Origin: Carcharhinus longimanus
Taxonomy: Eukaryota
Length of the DNA stretch: 63,903 nt
Reading direction: 5' to 3'
Assembly: GCA_030264375.1 (NCBI GenBank)
Contig: JASCQW010000098.1
Location: forward strand, 25,807,285 to 25,871,187
Part shown: positions 62,437 to 63,903 of the stretch, in pieces
How positions within the stretch are numbered: position 1 is the stretch's first letter
Layout of the letters: every line of letters starts with the position of its first letter
Notes under the pieces: generated by a model
Told to the model about the DNA's origin: nothing
Seen by the model: the letters and a program-made list of their open reading frames with translations, nothing else
Database searches by the model: none
Translations under genes and position numbers: made by a program

Positions 62437-63903
62437 TTTCTGTTCAGCTACAATTGGGGCTACATAAATGAATGTCACACTTGCTGTTGCTGTCCTCATA
62501 CAAGAATTGTGAATTATTTACCCCTACAGTTATCACAGGTTTAATTTAATGTACCACTACAGGACAGGTAAAAAGGAGTTTGCTGAGCAACAATAACCCA
62601 ATCATATTTATAATTTCTAAATCAGCAGCAACAATGAAATGCAGGAACAGTAGTAATGAATATCTTAGGGATTTAAACTTCCTTTTTGTGTGTAACAATC
62701 ATATTTAAAATTAATAATCATTCCTCAATATTGTTTGGTACAAGATCCAGAGAGAGAAATTTTGTGTGTGTCGCACTCCTTCTTGCAATACCAGGCAAAC
62801 TTAACTCTTGGGGCAGATAGTACAATGGACTGTAACCTGTGTGGCATTTTTCACTATATCATGCGCAGGCAGCAGCACATGGCACTGTTTCACAGGTGAA
62901 TCAGTATAAATCTGTGTAGTGTTACTAAGACAAACAAATTTCACACCCCAAAATTCCAGTAGGCAGAAGTAGGTCAATTAGAAAAGTGAATCAAGTTCTG
63001 TAAGACCTAAAACCTGTGCTTAGTTGAATTAGGTTTCCAAGGTTATTTGGCACTTATAAGTATACGAGAGAACATTACAATAGCCATCTATATTTTGGCC
63101 CAGAAATTCAGCCATACAGAGCACTCTTTCCAGTAATAATGGCCCTATTGATCCCCAATATAGTGAGAGAAAGCATATGCACATTTTCAGCTGGAAGTGT
63201 GTCACCTGCCAACACCGGAATGCAGCCTTATTTATTGGTCATGCCTGAAACAGGCATTAGGACCTTTGCATGTGCAACTAAAAGGCCTAGGGCTTAAAGC
63301 TGTTTTCTCCTATCATTGGATGTAGGGATCAGAATTTGCAATTAGCCCGCGCAAGTCCTGTTGAGGCAAATAGCACAGGAAATTCAGCAACATGCCTGGC
63401 TAACATCATATTCCAGCTAGTCTACATCTCTTAAAGGCAACAAGTTCCCTGATACAGCCTTGGATGCTGAAGTCATGAGGTTAACAGGAGGAAAAGGGCA
63501 TATTTCTATCAAGGGGCCAAGAAGCCTTTAAGGTTGAAAAAAAAAGGGAGAAGTGCCAAGGTTGTCAATTACAGTGACTGGCCCTAGGGATCTGGCCAAT
63601 TGAAGTCTTTGATGGGTGGCTTATAATAGAACACTAGTGAAAATGCACAGAAGATACTTGGTTCATTGCTAGGCCCTGATTGATCCAGGCAGCAGAATTG
63701 CTGCTTGAGAATATCAGTGCTCTGTTCCATGACATCCACATTCATAGGGGGTGATGCTACCAAAAATATTCCAAGTGCCAAATGAGTGTGAAAACGAATC
63801 GGCCTCACACCTATTTTTTGGGTAAGCTCCCATATGCTATCTTATGAATCTTAACAAAGAAGAGATCCCAGATGTATTTCTTGCCAGTAGAAGGAGTGGA
63901 CAG

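Overview
Vertebrate genomic DNA, almost certainly from a shark or other elasmobranch (HE1/V-type SINEs, Deu-SINEs, CR1 LINEs), from a gapped draft assembly. I can support no host protein-coding gene. The host locus is a complete miR-17~92 cluster on the minus strand (miR-17, 18a, 19a, 20a, 19b, 92a; 26486-27188). Its CpG-island promoter has a TATA-like box, an Inr and E2F/E-box motifs, with the TSS predicted near 30332. The rest is nested transposon debris: CR1, RTE and Rex1/Babar LINEs, Penelope-like elements, SINEs, a solo LTR, and many Harbinger elements, including two with convergent Myb and transposase genes. The most unusual feature is a young, near full-length clade-A R2 retrotransposon (minus, ~56494-60658) inserted outside 28S rDNA at a TAGC microhomology. 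Its 3' UTR carries an embedded tRNA/V-SINE head and a ~30-nt segment antisense to the 28S sequence about 70-100 nt downstream of the canonical R2 site. All comparisons to known sequences are from memory, not from a search, and TE boundaries are approximate unless a TSD is given.
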